Below, piece after piece: positions 11,701 to 27,420 of a stretch of 64,000 nucleotides of DNA. The stretch lies in the NCBI GenBank assembly GCA_002269645.1, contig NIVC01003823.1, positions 79,559 to 143,558 of the forward strand. Direction: 5' to 3'. A program made the translations under genes and the position numbers. This DNA comes from Macrostomum lignano (taxonomy: Eukaryota). How positions within the stretch are numbered: position 1 is the first letter of the stretch; every line of letters starts with the position of its first letter. Below the pieces are notes generated by a model that saw only the letters and a list, made by a program, of their open reading frames with translations, had not been told where the DNA came from and ran no database searches.

Positions 11701-14700
11701 GGCACGGAGGCGGCCGCATCCAAGCTGGGATCGCCCAGATGGGTGGGCACAACAGCATCTAGACTGTCCATCCCGGTAAGGCAGTTGTTTAACAGCCGAT
11801 CGAAATCCTGCTCGATAACAGGGGCCGAGCCGTCCTGCAGATTCGATAGGAACGAAGCATCAGTCGGGCACAGGCTGGTCAGCGCGTCCTGCATCATGTC
11901 GTCGGTTGGTAGGACAGGAGCCGGGGCCTGCGGTGGGTCCGGGACCAGAGCCAGTGCGTAGCTGGTGCGCGGCACCGGGTCGCCGCGGCGAGTGTGCGCG
12001 ATGGAGTGGCGCTTGCACTTGGTTCGGGTGCGGAAGCCCTGCGCGCAGTGCGGATGGTGGAAATTATGCGGAGTCTGCTGTTGCTGCGGCAGCGGAGATT
12101 CGATTAGATATCGCTGCAGATGGGGGTACTAAACTCGAACTATTCCCTATTAAGGTTACCGCACATTTAAACTAAGCGGATTATGCCTTTTGATGAATGG
12201 AAGTACGTAGGGTATTGCTACCCCATAATTTAGAGCCCGAGTATTGTTAACGCTCCCATCCTTCGGAGAGTATTGCTGTCAGATCCATCAGTGGGTATTG
12301 CTATGCCAGATCCATCAGTGGGTATTGCTATGCCAGATCCATCAGTGGGTATTGCTATGCCAGATCCATCAGTGGGTATTGCTATGCCAGATCTATCAGT
12401 GGATATTGCTATGCCAGATCCATCAGTGGGTATTGTTATGCCAGATCTATCAGTGGATATTGCTATGCCAGATCCATCAGTGGGTATTTCTATGCCAGAT
12501 CTATCAGTGGATATTGCTATGCCAGATCCATCAGTGGGTATTTCTATGCCAGATCTATCAGTGGATATTGCTATGCCAGATCTATCAGTGGGTATTGCTA
12601 CAGTACCTTGTGGCAGACTTTGCAGAAGAAGCTGACGCCGTCTCCATGCCAGTTGTCAATGTGCCGATTCAAATTGCTGCGACTTTTAAACGACATATTA
12701 GGACAGCGGTCGCACACGTAGGGCCGCTGGCCGCCGTGCACGGCTCGAATGTGCTGCTGCAATACATTCGAGGTGCTGTACATTCGATGGCACATCTGGC
12801 ACTTGTGCGGCTTCAAATTCGAATGGCTCATAGCGTGGCGCTGGAGGTGGCCTTTCTTTTTAAAGATTTTGCCGCAATCTTTGCACCGATGCGGCCGGCT
12901 GGGATCCGGGGCGTCGGCTACAACGCCCTGACTGCGGCCGGGAGCGGACGGCACCAGCACCCGCTGGAACTGGCTGTCGTAGACAATCTCCAACGGGTCT
13001 AAGGCCGGCGCCGGGTCCAGCTGCGGCTCCAGTACGCGCGACACGGTGCGCAGATCCCGGGCCGGATGAGTGCGCATGTGATATTTCAAATTGCTCTTAG
13101 TGATGAAGCGATGGAAGCAGTATTTGCAACTGTAGGGATAGCTCTGCTCGTGGCGTCGCAAGTGCACCTGTGTATTAGTTAGGTAAGTTAATTACTTAGT
13201 CTGCAGGGGCCCGGTGGGCCGTAGCCCAGTGGTCCAGCGAATCTCGGCTTGTCTCTGCTCGTGCAATTAACGCCTCTTAAGGCCCAACCCCCCAAGGCAA
13301 ATTGAAGTGTACATGCCTAACAATAAATAAAGCTAGGGCCGCTGTACACTACTGTGTGAGTGTGTGCCTGTGCGTACGTATGTACGTATCCGCGCCCTTG
13401 TTTGCCTGATCAGTGAAGTAGGGCAACAGCGATATACCACTGAGTAGCACGGAATCGAACCCGGGTTGTTTAGCGCAGTGAGCTACTCTGCCACCTTGAG
13501 CATCGGTAAATAATAACAAACTTAATTCTAATGTAGATCAGGTTGGTTACCAGTGAACTTATTTGTTTGCGAAGTGTATTAAGTACAAGTGTACTATAAC
13601 ATCGTAAAAGTGCACCGGCCGTAAGCTGAACAAAATTGATTATTATATCTCCTTAAATTTTTAATAAATCATACGAAATTTCATTTTAATGATATCCCAC
13701 ATGATCTAAGGAGAATTTTGGATATTTTATCAAATAAAATATACTTGTTTTAATTACAGTTGATGCTACTATGACTGCCAGTAGTAGTATATTAATTTGT
13801 TGATCAGGTTGGTTACCAGTGAACTTATTTTATCGCAAATTTAAGTACAAGTGTACTTTAACATCAAAAAAGTGCACCGGCCGTAAGCTGATCAAGCTGT
13901 ATTAATATTATCTCCTTAAAGTATTATTAAATCATACATTCGATACCAAATATTTGCATGAATGATATCGAGTATGAATTAAGGAGAAATAGACACTATC
14001 CTACTGAGACTATAAGTAGTCCCGAGTCGGACTATGAGTAAAAATGCTCAATAACCTGTAGGTCAGGTTGGTTACCAGTGTACTTATTATCCTTGATGAA
14101 TTAAGTACACGTGTACTTAACCATCGCAATAAAAGTGCACCGGCCGTAAGCTGACCAATTGAACAATAATTCATTATAATTTTCTCCGTTGGAAACAAAT
14201 CAAATCGATGACGCAATTAAAATTATGCCAACGGACATCGATTAGTAAACGGAGACCTGCTTTAGAAATTTCTCGTCACTTTTGTTAAAAAATTGTTGGA
14301 AAGATTGATTACCGATGCACTTATAGTTGAAAAAAGTACATCGGCCAGTAATCTAACCATATTATTATACTCCCGCTAAACTAATTAGATATGTAAGCCA
14401 TGCTTGATCTCAACCAGAAATGCCATTTGGAATATGGTGCACTGGCAGATGCAGGCGGCGGGAGATATGTCTACTACAGTCAGTCTGGGGTCAGTGGTTA
14501 AACTCCGAAATTCAGGCATACCACTTAGGGGATTCCTGACAGGGATTCCCCTGGAGTGAATTCCTGACTGGGATTCCCCTGGAGTCCCCTGGGATTCCCC
14601 TGGAGTGAATTCCTGACTGGGATTCCCCTGGAGTGAATTCCTGACTGGGATTCCCCTGGAGTGAATTCCTGACTGGGATTCCTCTGAAGGGATTCCTGAC

Positions 14701-17700
14701 TGGGATTCCCCTGGAGTGAATTCCTGACTGGGATTCCCCTGGAGTGAATTCCTGACTGGGATTCCCCTGGAGGGCATTCCGCTGACTGGGATTTCCCTGA
14801 AGGGGGATTCCATCAACTGAGATTTCCTTGAGGGGCATTACGCTGACTGGATTTCCACTGTCTGGGATTCAGCTGACTGAGATTCCACTAGGGGATTCCC
14901 ATGGCTGGGATTTCCCTGATGGAATTCCACCGATTGGGGTTTTCTACGTTTTCATTCTGAAATCATTAATAAAACTTTTAATTCAAAGTATACATTCGAG
15001 CATTACCTTAAGGCTAGCCTGACTAGATAATTTTTTAGAGCACTGCGGACACTCGACAGGCCTTGAGTAGTGCGATCGGAGATGCGGCAGCAGAGTCTGA
15101 CGCAATCGGAATCGTTTGTGACAGACGAAACACGCGAATGGTCGGTCTTGGCTGTGACGGCGCATGTGTCTGGCGGGATGGCGGGGGGGCCGAGGTAAGA
15201 TATATTAATAACCCCGATTCTTTCGCCCGAGGTGTGAATATAATAGACATATTGGGACAATACCAACATTTATTGTGGGATGGAAGCTACAAAAATCCCC
15301 ATTATCTTAATTGGGATGGAAACCACAATAATCCCTATTATTTCATTTGTGATGGAAACCACAAAAATCCCATTTTTTTCAATTGGGATGGAAACCACAA
15401 AAATCTCCATTTTTTCATTTGTGATGGAAAAAACCACAAAAATCCCGATTATTTCAATTCGGATGGAAACCACAAAAATGACGATTATTTCAATTCGGAT
15501 GGAAACCACAAAAATCCCGATTATTTCAATTCGGATGGAAACCACAAAAATCCCGATTATTTCAATTCGGATGGAAACCACAAAAATCCCGATTATTTCA
15601 ATTCGGATGGAAACCACAAAAATCCCAATTATTTCAATTCGGATGGAAACCACAAAAATCCCGATTATTTCAATTCGGATGGAAACCACAAAAATCCCGA
15701 TTATTTCAATTCGGATGGAAACCACAAAAATCCCGATTATTTCAATTCGGATGGAAACCACAAAAATCCCAATTATTTCAATTCGGATGGAAACTACAAA
15801 AATCAACTAAAATATGACTAAAACTCTTCACTTTTTAATAAAAGTCAAAAAGCAACCCTATTATTGAAATAAACCAAGCTATGATAAACAAACCTAGCCA
15901 AGTCGACAATACGGCGAAACGCGTGCCTACAGACCATGCACCGTTTCCTATTGGCCACGGCTTCGTAAGTGAAACTGCGACCAGTTGCTTTATCAGTTGC
16001 CGATTTAACCAGAGGCTGCAAGCCAATCACAGTTGAGGTGGAGGTGGACGGCTGCTGCGGCTGCTGAGAATCGGCCGCTTCAACAGACGATTGACCGGAG
16101 GCCGCCGTTTTTGATGCCGACTTTGAAGCGGCGGCCGATCGTTTCGAACTCGGCTTAGCAACAGTGGCTGGAGGTTCAACAGCTGGTTCGGCGACAGCGG
16201 TGGCCGGGGCAGAATCGGCCGTTGCTTCAATTGAAACAGAAACTGCAGCAATGGTCGAATTGTCGCCATCGGCGGTTGTTGCGAGGTCGCCCCGTTCAAC
16301 GGCATTGTCGGTGGCTGTGCCGACACTTTTAGATTTCGGCGGCCGGCGCTGTTTGATCTTCTCGGCTATGGCGGTTACCTGCAGTTTGGTTTGTCAATCT
16401 AGTTAACCTTCGTTGGAATTAGTCCACAGATAATATAGAACCTGAAGTGGCTGGCTACTCTTAGGACAGTAGTATAATTTGCATGCACTAAGATAAACTG
16501 ATTAACACATAGAATGAAACTGGTAAGAAGGCAAGATATGTACATCTTAGAGTTTGGTACAAATTTAAAAAGCATTGAATTTCATAATTATAATAAGATT
16601 TTTATATTCAAACAATGAAATTCTATCGGGTGTATACACAACTGGGGCAGATATCATCACAACTAGCCAGGGGGGTTCTAGCCTAGTGGTTAGAGCGTCG
16701 AACTCACGACTCAAGGTCGGGGGTTCGATTCCCGATCCCTCTGGAACAATTTGTGTCCTTGAGCAAGACACACTAAACTCTGCATTGCTTCAGTTCACAC
16801 AGCTGTATAATGGGTGCCAGTTGCACATCCCTATTAGGGGCAAGTGTAGTTAATTAGTATTATCAACACAACAGCAATCTCTGTACAGCTCTCTCACCTG
16901 CGGATCTTTAGCACATTCGCCGTGCTGCCTGGCCATGTGCAGTTTCAAATTGTACCGCTGAGCTGTAGAAAACTCGCACAGGTCGCACTTGTGCTTGCTG
17001 CCAGCGTGCAGCCGTTCGTGAGTGCGCAGAGTTGATCGCTGGTTAAACGATTTATTGCAGGCCAAACAGCGATAGGGCTTCTCGCCCGTGTGGGACAGCA
17101 GGTGCCTAATTAGTAGGAAATTCTTTGGGAAATCCTTACTACACAGAGGGCAACGGCGCGGGTGGCTAGGGTTTACCAGCTTGGCGGCTTCTGTGCCACG
17201 AAGCTCGTCGCCCAAATCAACAGCGGCGACGAGGCCGTCGGCGGCGCACCGGTCGGTGTCAGCGATCACTATTTTGCGAGGCCGATGGTATTTTCTCTTC
17301 TTTTTCTGTTGCTGCTGCTGCTGCGGCTACAAAGGTGATCGAATTAGGCTTCATTTGTTCGGCGAATGACAATACTGTACGCAGGCACAGCACTCACAGA
17401 CACGCTCTTTATTAGAGGCAGGGGGTTGTGTGCACCCTGGCGCACTTTAAGCGACATTGGCACACAACCGGCGAGAGGCATTGCTGCCCATTCCGCCGAC
17501 TCCCCTGAGCAGGCACACAAGCGCGCGGATACGTACGCAGGCACACACTCACACAGGAGTGTACAGCGGCCCTAACTTTATTTTATCGTTAGGCATGTAC
17601 ACTTCACTGCGCCTTGGGGGTTGGCTCTCAAGGCCGTTAATTGCACGAGCAGAGCCAAGCCGAGATTCCAATTTAGCCCCAAATTAATGTGACTGCACTT

Positions 17701-18963
17701 GGAATCGAGCCTGGGTCGCTGGCACACCAGAGCAGCTGCGCTACCGCTGGGCTACGGCCCCCCTAACACAGACAGACACGCTCACACAGGGTGTACAGCG
17801 GCACTGCCTTTCTAGTTGTCAGGCATGTGCACCCTCTGCGCCTTGGGGGGGGGCTGGCCCTCTTGGCTGATTTCCATGCACACAAGCCCAAAAATGAATT
17901 CGGCGAGTTGAAACGAGCGAGTCAGATATGCGTTTAACGCGAAAACCGTTCTGCCTACCTTAGTCTTAGCGGCAGGAAGTTCTTCACTAGGACTAGCACC
18001 GGCCGCCGCCAACTGCTGCTGCTGCTGCTTACGTCTCCGTTTCTTCAGCATTGGGCTGGACAAATCGGGCAGGGCGCCGGCGCTGCCAGACGGAGGCGAC
18101 GCAGACGCCTGGCCATTCAGTGAGCGGAGCTTAGCGCTGCAAACTGAACGGAAATGCAGCAGCAGGTTGAGACGCTGATCGAAGTCTTGAGAGCACACTG
18201 GGCATTGATAGACTTCGTCTGTCCAATGCAGTGAGCAATGCGCCACAAAAGCGGACCGACGCATGATCCGCTTGGAGCAGATCGGACAGACAAATCCGGA
18301 CCTGGCAACTGATTGGTCCTCAGATTCTGCCGGAGAATTCGCATGATTAATAGCCACGTGTAGACGGAGATTCTCCATAGTAGAAAACGCTTCGTCGCAA
18401 TCGGCTACCTCACAGTCGAAGGGTTTACGTAGGGCGTGATCTAACACGTGCGAGGTGAGACTGTAGCAAGACACTAGTACCTGACAGCAGGGACAGTGAG
18501 CGTAGCCTATGGGCGGCGGAGACCTGGCGGCGGCAGGTGAATCAGAGCTCGGCTGTTGCAGCTGTTGATGCTGCTGTAAAGAAGCATTAGCAGGCGCAGA
18601 GGCAGTGGCAGTAGCAGTTGATTGGTCAGCAAAACTGACAATCTGCAAGTAGCCGCTGTTTGCATCTGAAGCAGGTATAGTTATGGTCGATGCCTGCGGC
18701 ACCGCCATTGCTGCGGTATCATCTGTGGACACGGTGAGAGTCTGGTAGACACTACCAGAGCTTGCTGGGGCCTCTGCCCACAGGGCTGAAAGGAGAGCAT
18801 CGCCACTACCAACGGCCGAGTTCAAGTTCACTATTTGAATGTAGCGACCATCAAGTTCGATGCACTGAATAGCATTCTGATTTGATAAAGAGGGGATTTC
18901 AACATTGTCTAAGGCAATATATACTCGCTGCTCTGCATCAGTTGGCTGCTTTAGTTGCTCCAT
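5717..18963 (-). CDS. Large multi-C2H2 zinc-finger protein (~1,950 aa, ~28 fingers); 9 exons: 18963-17959, 17326-16898, 16378-15894, 15169-15007, 13167-12607, 12113-11400, 9726-9346, 8437-7997, 7384-5717
   Basis: CxxC...HxxxH arrays with TGEKPY-like linkers. Exons join in frame through GT-AG sites and several fingers are completed across junctions (DLAR|HMRRH, SLK|VHLRRH). The donor at 9346 is the least certain boundary. Confidence 0.88.
7556..7872. repeat. G-rich ~30-bp minisatellite (AGGGCGATTCCACAGGGGGAGGGGGTCAG), potential G-quadruplex
   Basis: About 10 tandem units with multiple G>=3 runs, in the last ZNF intron. Confidence 0.9.
8560..9260. repeat. 20/24-bp minisatellite (AATCCAAGCCACTCCATTCC)
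   Basis: Tandem units visible directly in a ZNF intron. Confidence 0.95.
9818..11375. repeat. 27-bp minisatellite (GCGGAGAGGCAGATTCAGGGACAGAAA), ~57 copies
   Basis: Highly homogeneous tandem array filling a ZNF intron. It explains the 552-aa and 525-aa pseudo-ORFs. Confidence 0.97.
12265..12600. repeat. 27-bp minisatellite (CAGATCCATCAGTGGGTATTGCTATGC), ~12 copies
   Basis: Tandem array starting a few nt inside the intron donor at 12606. Confidence 0.95.
13210..13400 (+). mobile_element. SINE family B (partial)
   Basis: GGGCCGTAGCCCAGTGGTCCAGCG head and CTCTGCTCGTGCAATTAAC...GTGTACATGCCTAAC...GGGCCGCTGTACAC body, shared with copies at 17.5, 37.7, 42.9 and 57 kb. Confidence 0.85.
13529..13716 (-). 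ncRNA. Putative intronic box H/ACA snoRNA, copy 1
   Basis: On the minus strand: hairpin (UCUCCUUA/UAAGGAGA), H box AUAUAA, hairpin with CUUACGG/UAACCAAC internal loop, and ACA 15 nt after the upper stem. Same strand as the host gene. Confidence 0.75.
13795..13990 (-). ncRNA. Putative intronic box H/ACA snoRNA, copy 2
   Basis: Same architecture. Stems UCUCCUUAA/UUAAGGAGA and UGAUCAG/CUGAUCA, H box AGAUAA, ACA at 13800-13798. Confidence 0.78.
14054..14257 (-). ncRNA. Putative intronic box H/ACA snoRNA, copy 3
   Basis: Same architecture with compensatory stems UCUCCGUU/AACGGAGA and GGUCAG/CUGACC, H box AGAAAA, ACA at 14059-14057. Confidence 0.78.
14520..14930. repeat. 28-bp minisatellite (GGGATTCCCCTGGAGTGAATTCCTGACT)
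   Basis: Tandem units that degenerate toward the right end. Confidence 0.92.
15295..15805. repeat. 36-bp minisatellite (GGATGGAAACCACAAAAATCCCGATTATTTCAATTC), ~14 copies
   Basis: Tandem array in a ZNF intron. Source of the DGNHKNPDYFNS pseudo-ORF. Confidence 0.95.
16672..16850 (+). mobile_element. tRNA-derived SINE family A
   Basis: TAGCCTAGTGGTTAGAGCG...GGTTCGATTCCC...GTGTCCTTGAGCAAGACAC. Confidence 0.85.
17400..17760 (-). mobile_element. SINE family B, near full length
   Basis: Reverse complement of the 42791-43152 copy, including the GTCGCTTAAAGTGCGCCAGGG...CTAATAA tail. Confidence 0.88.
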
Positions 18964-19599
18964 AGCAACCGACAGCTAGCAGACAGGCTGTCCAAATATG
19001 ATGAAATCAAGCTCATGCAATAGAAATAAAAGTTTAGCTAGAGAAAGTTATATCTATTTGAACAATTAAAAAAGCAATGGCCGCATAAATTCGGCTTTTT
19101 TGTCAGACACAGGATGCATTATTCTTAACAACAATTGTTAAATGCATAATTTAAGCTAACATTTGGCCAGTGGCCAGAAATCATGATATTTGTTATCATT
19201 ATCAATCATATATACTAGAATACTAGAAAACCTAAAAATATAAAATAGATTGAACATTGTAATCAATAAATGATGCATCCTTTAGCAATTAGCATAATTA
19301 CTGCAATATACTATATGTATGCTATATTATAATAACTAAATATATTTAGATTATTAGAGATAAATCATTTTAGCATAATAGATATAAAAGTATGTTTAAT
19401 TTCAGGTTTTATCTAATCAATTCTATAAAATAGCATTTGGTATTAAAAGTTATTTCAAAGTTAAAACAAGTCTAACAAAGACTCTAAGTCATATAAAATA
19501 TATCATAAATGATAGGCCTAACAACTAAAGTTATTTTTAATGAATCTTAGGCAATTCTTATACTTAATCCTCAGATAAAGATTGAGGAATAGTATTATA

Positions 19600-22500
19600 T
19601 CTCCTTATATCTTAATACTAAAAGTGGTGCGTTGTTTGTTTGTGTGTTGCAATTTTTCTCCTAGACTACTGGCAAGTCAGCGTTGAAACTTATATGGGAA
19701 AACTGCAAATTTTCCGGATTGGGTTTATAGCAATTTTAATCTTTCATTTTTACATTTTAAGATCCCTAGAAAAGCAGAAAACTGTTTTTTTAACCCTCAA
19801 TAACCTTCTTTGGCCACTCTGCCTGGGGCTGCAGCCAGTTTGTAAAAATAGCCACCCCAACCTCCGCCCGCGGGCCGCTGTGTATTGAGGGGTGGTGGGT
19901 GCGCATGTTCCGCGTTCAATGCAAATAACCCCCCCGCGTGTTGGGGGGTTCAATTAAATTTAACGATTCCCCCGGAATGGGAGGGGGTTGGGCTTGGGCT
20001 GAGTGTACATAGCAGTTGTACAGTGTAAGGAGATAGCTAGGACTGTGTCGAGATTTAATTGGTTTTATTATCGGCGGCATTCAATAGGCAGCCATGTGTA
20101 TTTGCTGGGCAGTAAAATTTAATGAATAAACTTGCGAGCCTCTTTAGCAGGCTGTGAACGTACACTCGATACTTTAATGCTTTAAATCAGGAAATTTCAA
20201 GCGCTAACTGTTCCTCGAGTTTTAAACTTTCAGAAGAGAGACTTATATTACTGGAAAGATCTTGCAATACTGAGTTCGGGGATATAAGTTGTTTGCTTTA
20301 AATGTGAAAACAAAAAGCACAGCATTTAAAAAACGATTTCCATACTTTTAACTTTCGGCAGTGTACTCATTTTGGAGTTCAATGGGGGTTCGACCAACCC
20401 CCAAAAGTTGGTGGGAGGGGGGGTTCAACTTTTAATTGCCACTGCGTATTGGAAGGGGGTCAGTCGCTGTGTATTGGAGGGTTGATTTAGTTTGCGCAAT
20501 CTTTTTGTTAACTTTTACCGAGACTGATACTGACTGACTGTGAAATCGGTTGCGCATTCAATTAATTCAATTGGTTCAACACGCTGCTGCGTTGTAGCTC
20601 TAACCCTAACCCTAACCCTAACCACTAAATCCTGAGAGTTGATTCTTTTTTACGGAGAAAATTTCGATTCAGTCCAGTTTAATGGAGAGAATTTCTGTTT
20701 CGCGGAGACGATTTTGATGGATGTCAGTTTCACGGAGAGGATTTCCATGGAGTCCAGTTTCACGGAGAGGATTTCTGTTTCTCGGAGGGGATTTTGATGA
20801 ATGTCAGTTTCACGGAGAGGATTTCCATGGAGTCCAGTTTCACGGAGAGGATTTCTGTTTCTCGGAGGGGATTTTGATGAATGTCAGTTTCACGGAGAGG
20901 ATTTCCATGGAGTCCAGTTTCACGGAGAGGATTTCTATTTCTCGGAGGGGATTTTGATGAATGTCAGTTTCACGGAGAGGTGTTTGATGGAGTTCTCTTT
21001 TACGGAGAAGATTTCGATGATGTTCAGTTTCGCGGAGAGAAGTTGGATGATGGGATTCAGGGAATGGCATTTCAGGGAATGGAGTACCGGTGATGGGAAT
21101 TCTTCCCCTTTCTCCTCCAGAGGAGGAGTTGGCCTCGTCCTTATACTAAAACCGACGCGATGTTTGTCTGTCTGTATGTCTGTCTGTCTGTATGTAGCAA
21201 GTGAACTCCTACAATTCTGCCAAGTCAACGTCGAAACTTATATGGGAAAACTGCAAATTTTCCGGAGCAGGCTTTAGGCTATTTTAATTTTTAATTTTCA
21301 CATTTTAACATCCCTAAAAAAGCAGAAAACTGCTTTTTTAACCCCAATAACCTTCTTTGGTCACTCTGCCTGGGGCTTCAGCCAGTTTGTAAAAATAGCC
21401 ACCCCAACCTCCGCCCGCGGGCCGCTGTGTATTGAGGGGTGGTGGGTGCGCGTGTTCTGCGTTCAATGCAAATAAAACCCCCGCGTGTTGGGGGGTCGAG
21501 TTAAATTTAATGCTTCCCCCAGAACGGGGGTTGGGCTTGGGCTGAGTGTACATAGCAGTTGTACAGTGTAAATAGATAGACTGTGTCGAGATTCATTTGG
21601 TTTTATTATTGGCAGCCCTGTGTATTAGTTTGGCAGTGAAATTCAATGAATAAACTTGCGAGCTTCTCTAGCAAGCAGTCGGGAAATTGGTAAATTTCAA
21701 ACGCTAACTGTTCTCGAGTTTTAAACTTTGAGAGGAGAGACTTATATTGCTGGAAAGATCTTGCAACGCTGAGTTCGGGGATATAAGTTGTATGCTTTAA
21801 ATATGAAAAGAAAAAGCACAGCATTTAAAAAACTATTTCCATACTTTTAACTTTCTGCAAAAATTGTACTCAGTTTTGCGAGACGTAATAGATAAAGTTG
21901 GGCGTATTGGAAGGGGGTCTGCCGCTGCGTATTGGAGGGTTGATTTAGATTGCGCAACCGTTTATTTAACTTTAAATAAGACTGATACTGTCTGACTGAG
22001 AAATGGTTTGCGCAATTAATTGATTCAATTAATTCAACACGCAGCTCTGTGCAGCTCTAACCCTAACCCTAACCAATGAATTCTGAGAGTTAAGTTCTTT
22101 TTGACAGAGAAAATTTCGATTGAGTCCAGTTTCACGGAGTATTCTGATGGTTTTCGGTTTCACGGAGAGGATTTCTTTTTCGTGGAGAGAATCTAGATGT
22201 ATTTCTGTTTTACGGAGACGATTTTGATGGATGTCAGTTTCACTCAGAGGATTTCCATGGAGCCCAGTTTCACGGAGAGGATTTCTGTTTGGCGGATTGG
22301 ATTTCGAAAGGAGTCCAGTTTCACGGAGAGGGTTTCTGTTTCATGGAGGGATTTTGATGGATTTGGTATCTTCAGTCAGTCAGTAAAGAGAGTAAAGAGA
22401 AGAGTGAAAAGAGAAGAGAGAAGAGATTATAGAAAAGAGAGTAGAGATGAGAGAGGGCAGATTAGACATGACAGATGGGAGAGAAGAGGGGAGTAAGGCG

Positions 22501-23215
22501 GGAACGAAGATGGAGAGAGAAGAAAAGAGGAGAGAGGAGATGAGAGGGAAGATATGAGATAGCAGAGGGAGACAGGAGAGAGGAGAGGAGAGAGAAGAGA
22601 GGAGCTGAGAGTAGAGGAGAAAGAAATAGTGAGATGAGGCATGAGGGATGAGAGATGAGAGAGGAGAGAAGAGAGGAGAGAGGAGAAAACAGGGGATAAA
22701 GGAGACAGGAGAGAAAGACGAAAGACGAGGGAGAAGAGATAAATAAGGTGGTAGAGATGAGAGACGTGAGAGGAGAGAAAAGAGAAGAGAGGAGACAGAA
22801 GAATCTGAGTCTGGACAATGGCAGTCAGTTTTTGCGAACAGGGAAAACAAGATATGGTATTTGAAAGGCTTTACAGAGGATTTGGAGATGATTTGGAAGA
22901 TGGGATTCAAGTCATGGAATTTCAGCTGATGGATTTCAGGGAATGGAATTCCGGTGATGGGAGTTCTTCCCCTTTCTCCTCCAGAGGAGGAGTTGGCCTC
23001 GTCCTTATACTAAAACCGACGCGATGTTTGTCTGTCTGTATGTCTGTCTGTCTGTATGTAGCAAGTGAACTCCTACAATTCTGCCAAGTCAACGTCGAAA
23101 CTTATATGGGAAAACTGCAAATTTTCCGGAGCAGGCTTTAGGCTATTTTAATTTTTAATTTTCACATTTTAACATCCCTAAAAAAGCAGAAAACTGCTTT
23201 TTTTCAAAATCCCCA
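19600..23215 (+). mobile_element. Head-to-tail tandem array of a non-autonomous Helitron-like element (units ~19600-21137, 21138-23001, 23002-~23215 truncated)
   Basis: Units start TC (TCCTTATACTAAAA...TGTTTGTCTGTCTG) and end with hairpin CTCCTCC-AGA-GGAGGAG followed by CTCG. The junction sequence is identical at 21137 and 23001. Internal (CCCTAA)n and an 80-bp subrepeat are present. No Rep/Hel ORF. Confidence 0.65.
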
Positions 23216-23489
23216 ACGCCGCTCCGCTTTACCGTTCTCTTCAATGCAAATTCAGACACAATCGTGTAAAATTTCAAACTCAGTTAATCCTGAAAGCCGC
23301 TGTGTTTTAAATTGGCTGTTTTTTTCAGCGAGGCAAAACCTCCGCGCGCCTCTCTTTCCCGTCTGGGCCCTAGATAAGTTTGGTGAAATAGGGGTAAAGT
23401 TTCAAAAATTCAGACTAAACTGCTATTTTTGTGAATTGAAAACTTGTCTGCTCATCTCTGCAACCATTGAGCCAAGACGAGAGACGAAG

Positions 23490-27420
<3,931 letters not shown>

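Noticed and set aside
13529-14257. CRISPR-, tracrRNA- or pre-miRNA-like reading of the triple repeat (AAAAGTGCACCG), and a plus-strand H/ACA reading
   Set aside because: Eukaryotic context with no cas genes. The loop is too long and branched for a typical pre-miRNA. ACA at fixed spacing is conserved in all three copies only on the minus (host) strand.
15063-15821. (DGNHKNPDYFNS)n ORF
   Set aside because: A 36-bp intronic minisatellite antisense to the ZNF gene, with no unique domain.
18954-18969. X-box-like GTTGCTCCATAGCAAC over the ZNF start codon
   Set aside because: The 4-nt spacer is non-canonical for RFX and it overlaps coding sequence.
20590-20625. True telomere or chromosome end
   Set aside because: Only 2-4 CCCTAA units, internal to a repeated element (also at ~22060).
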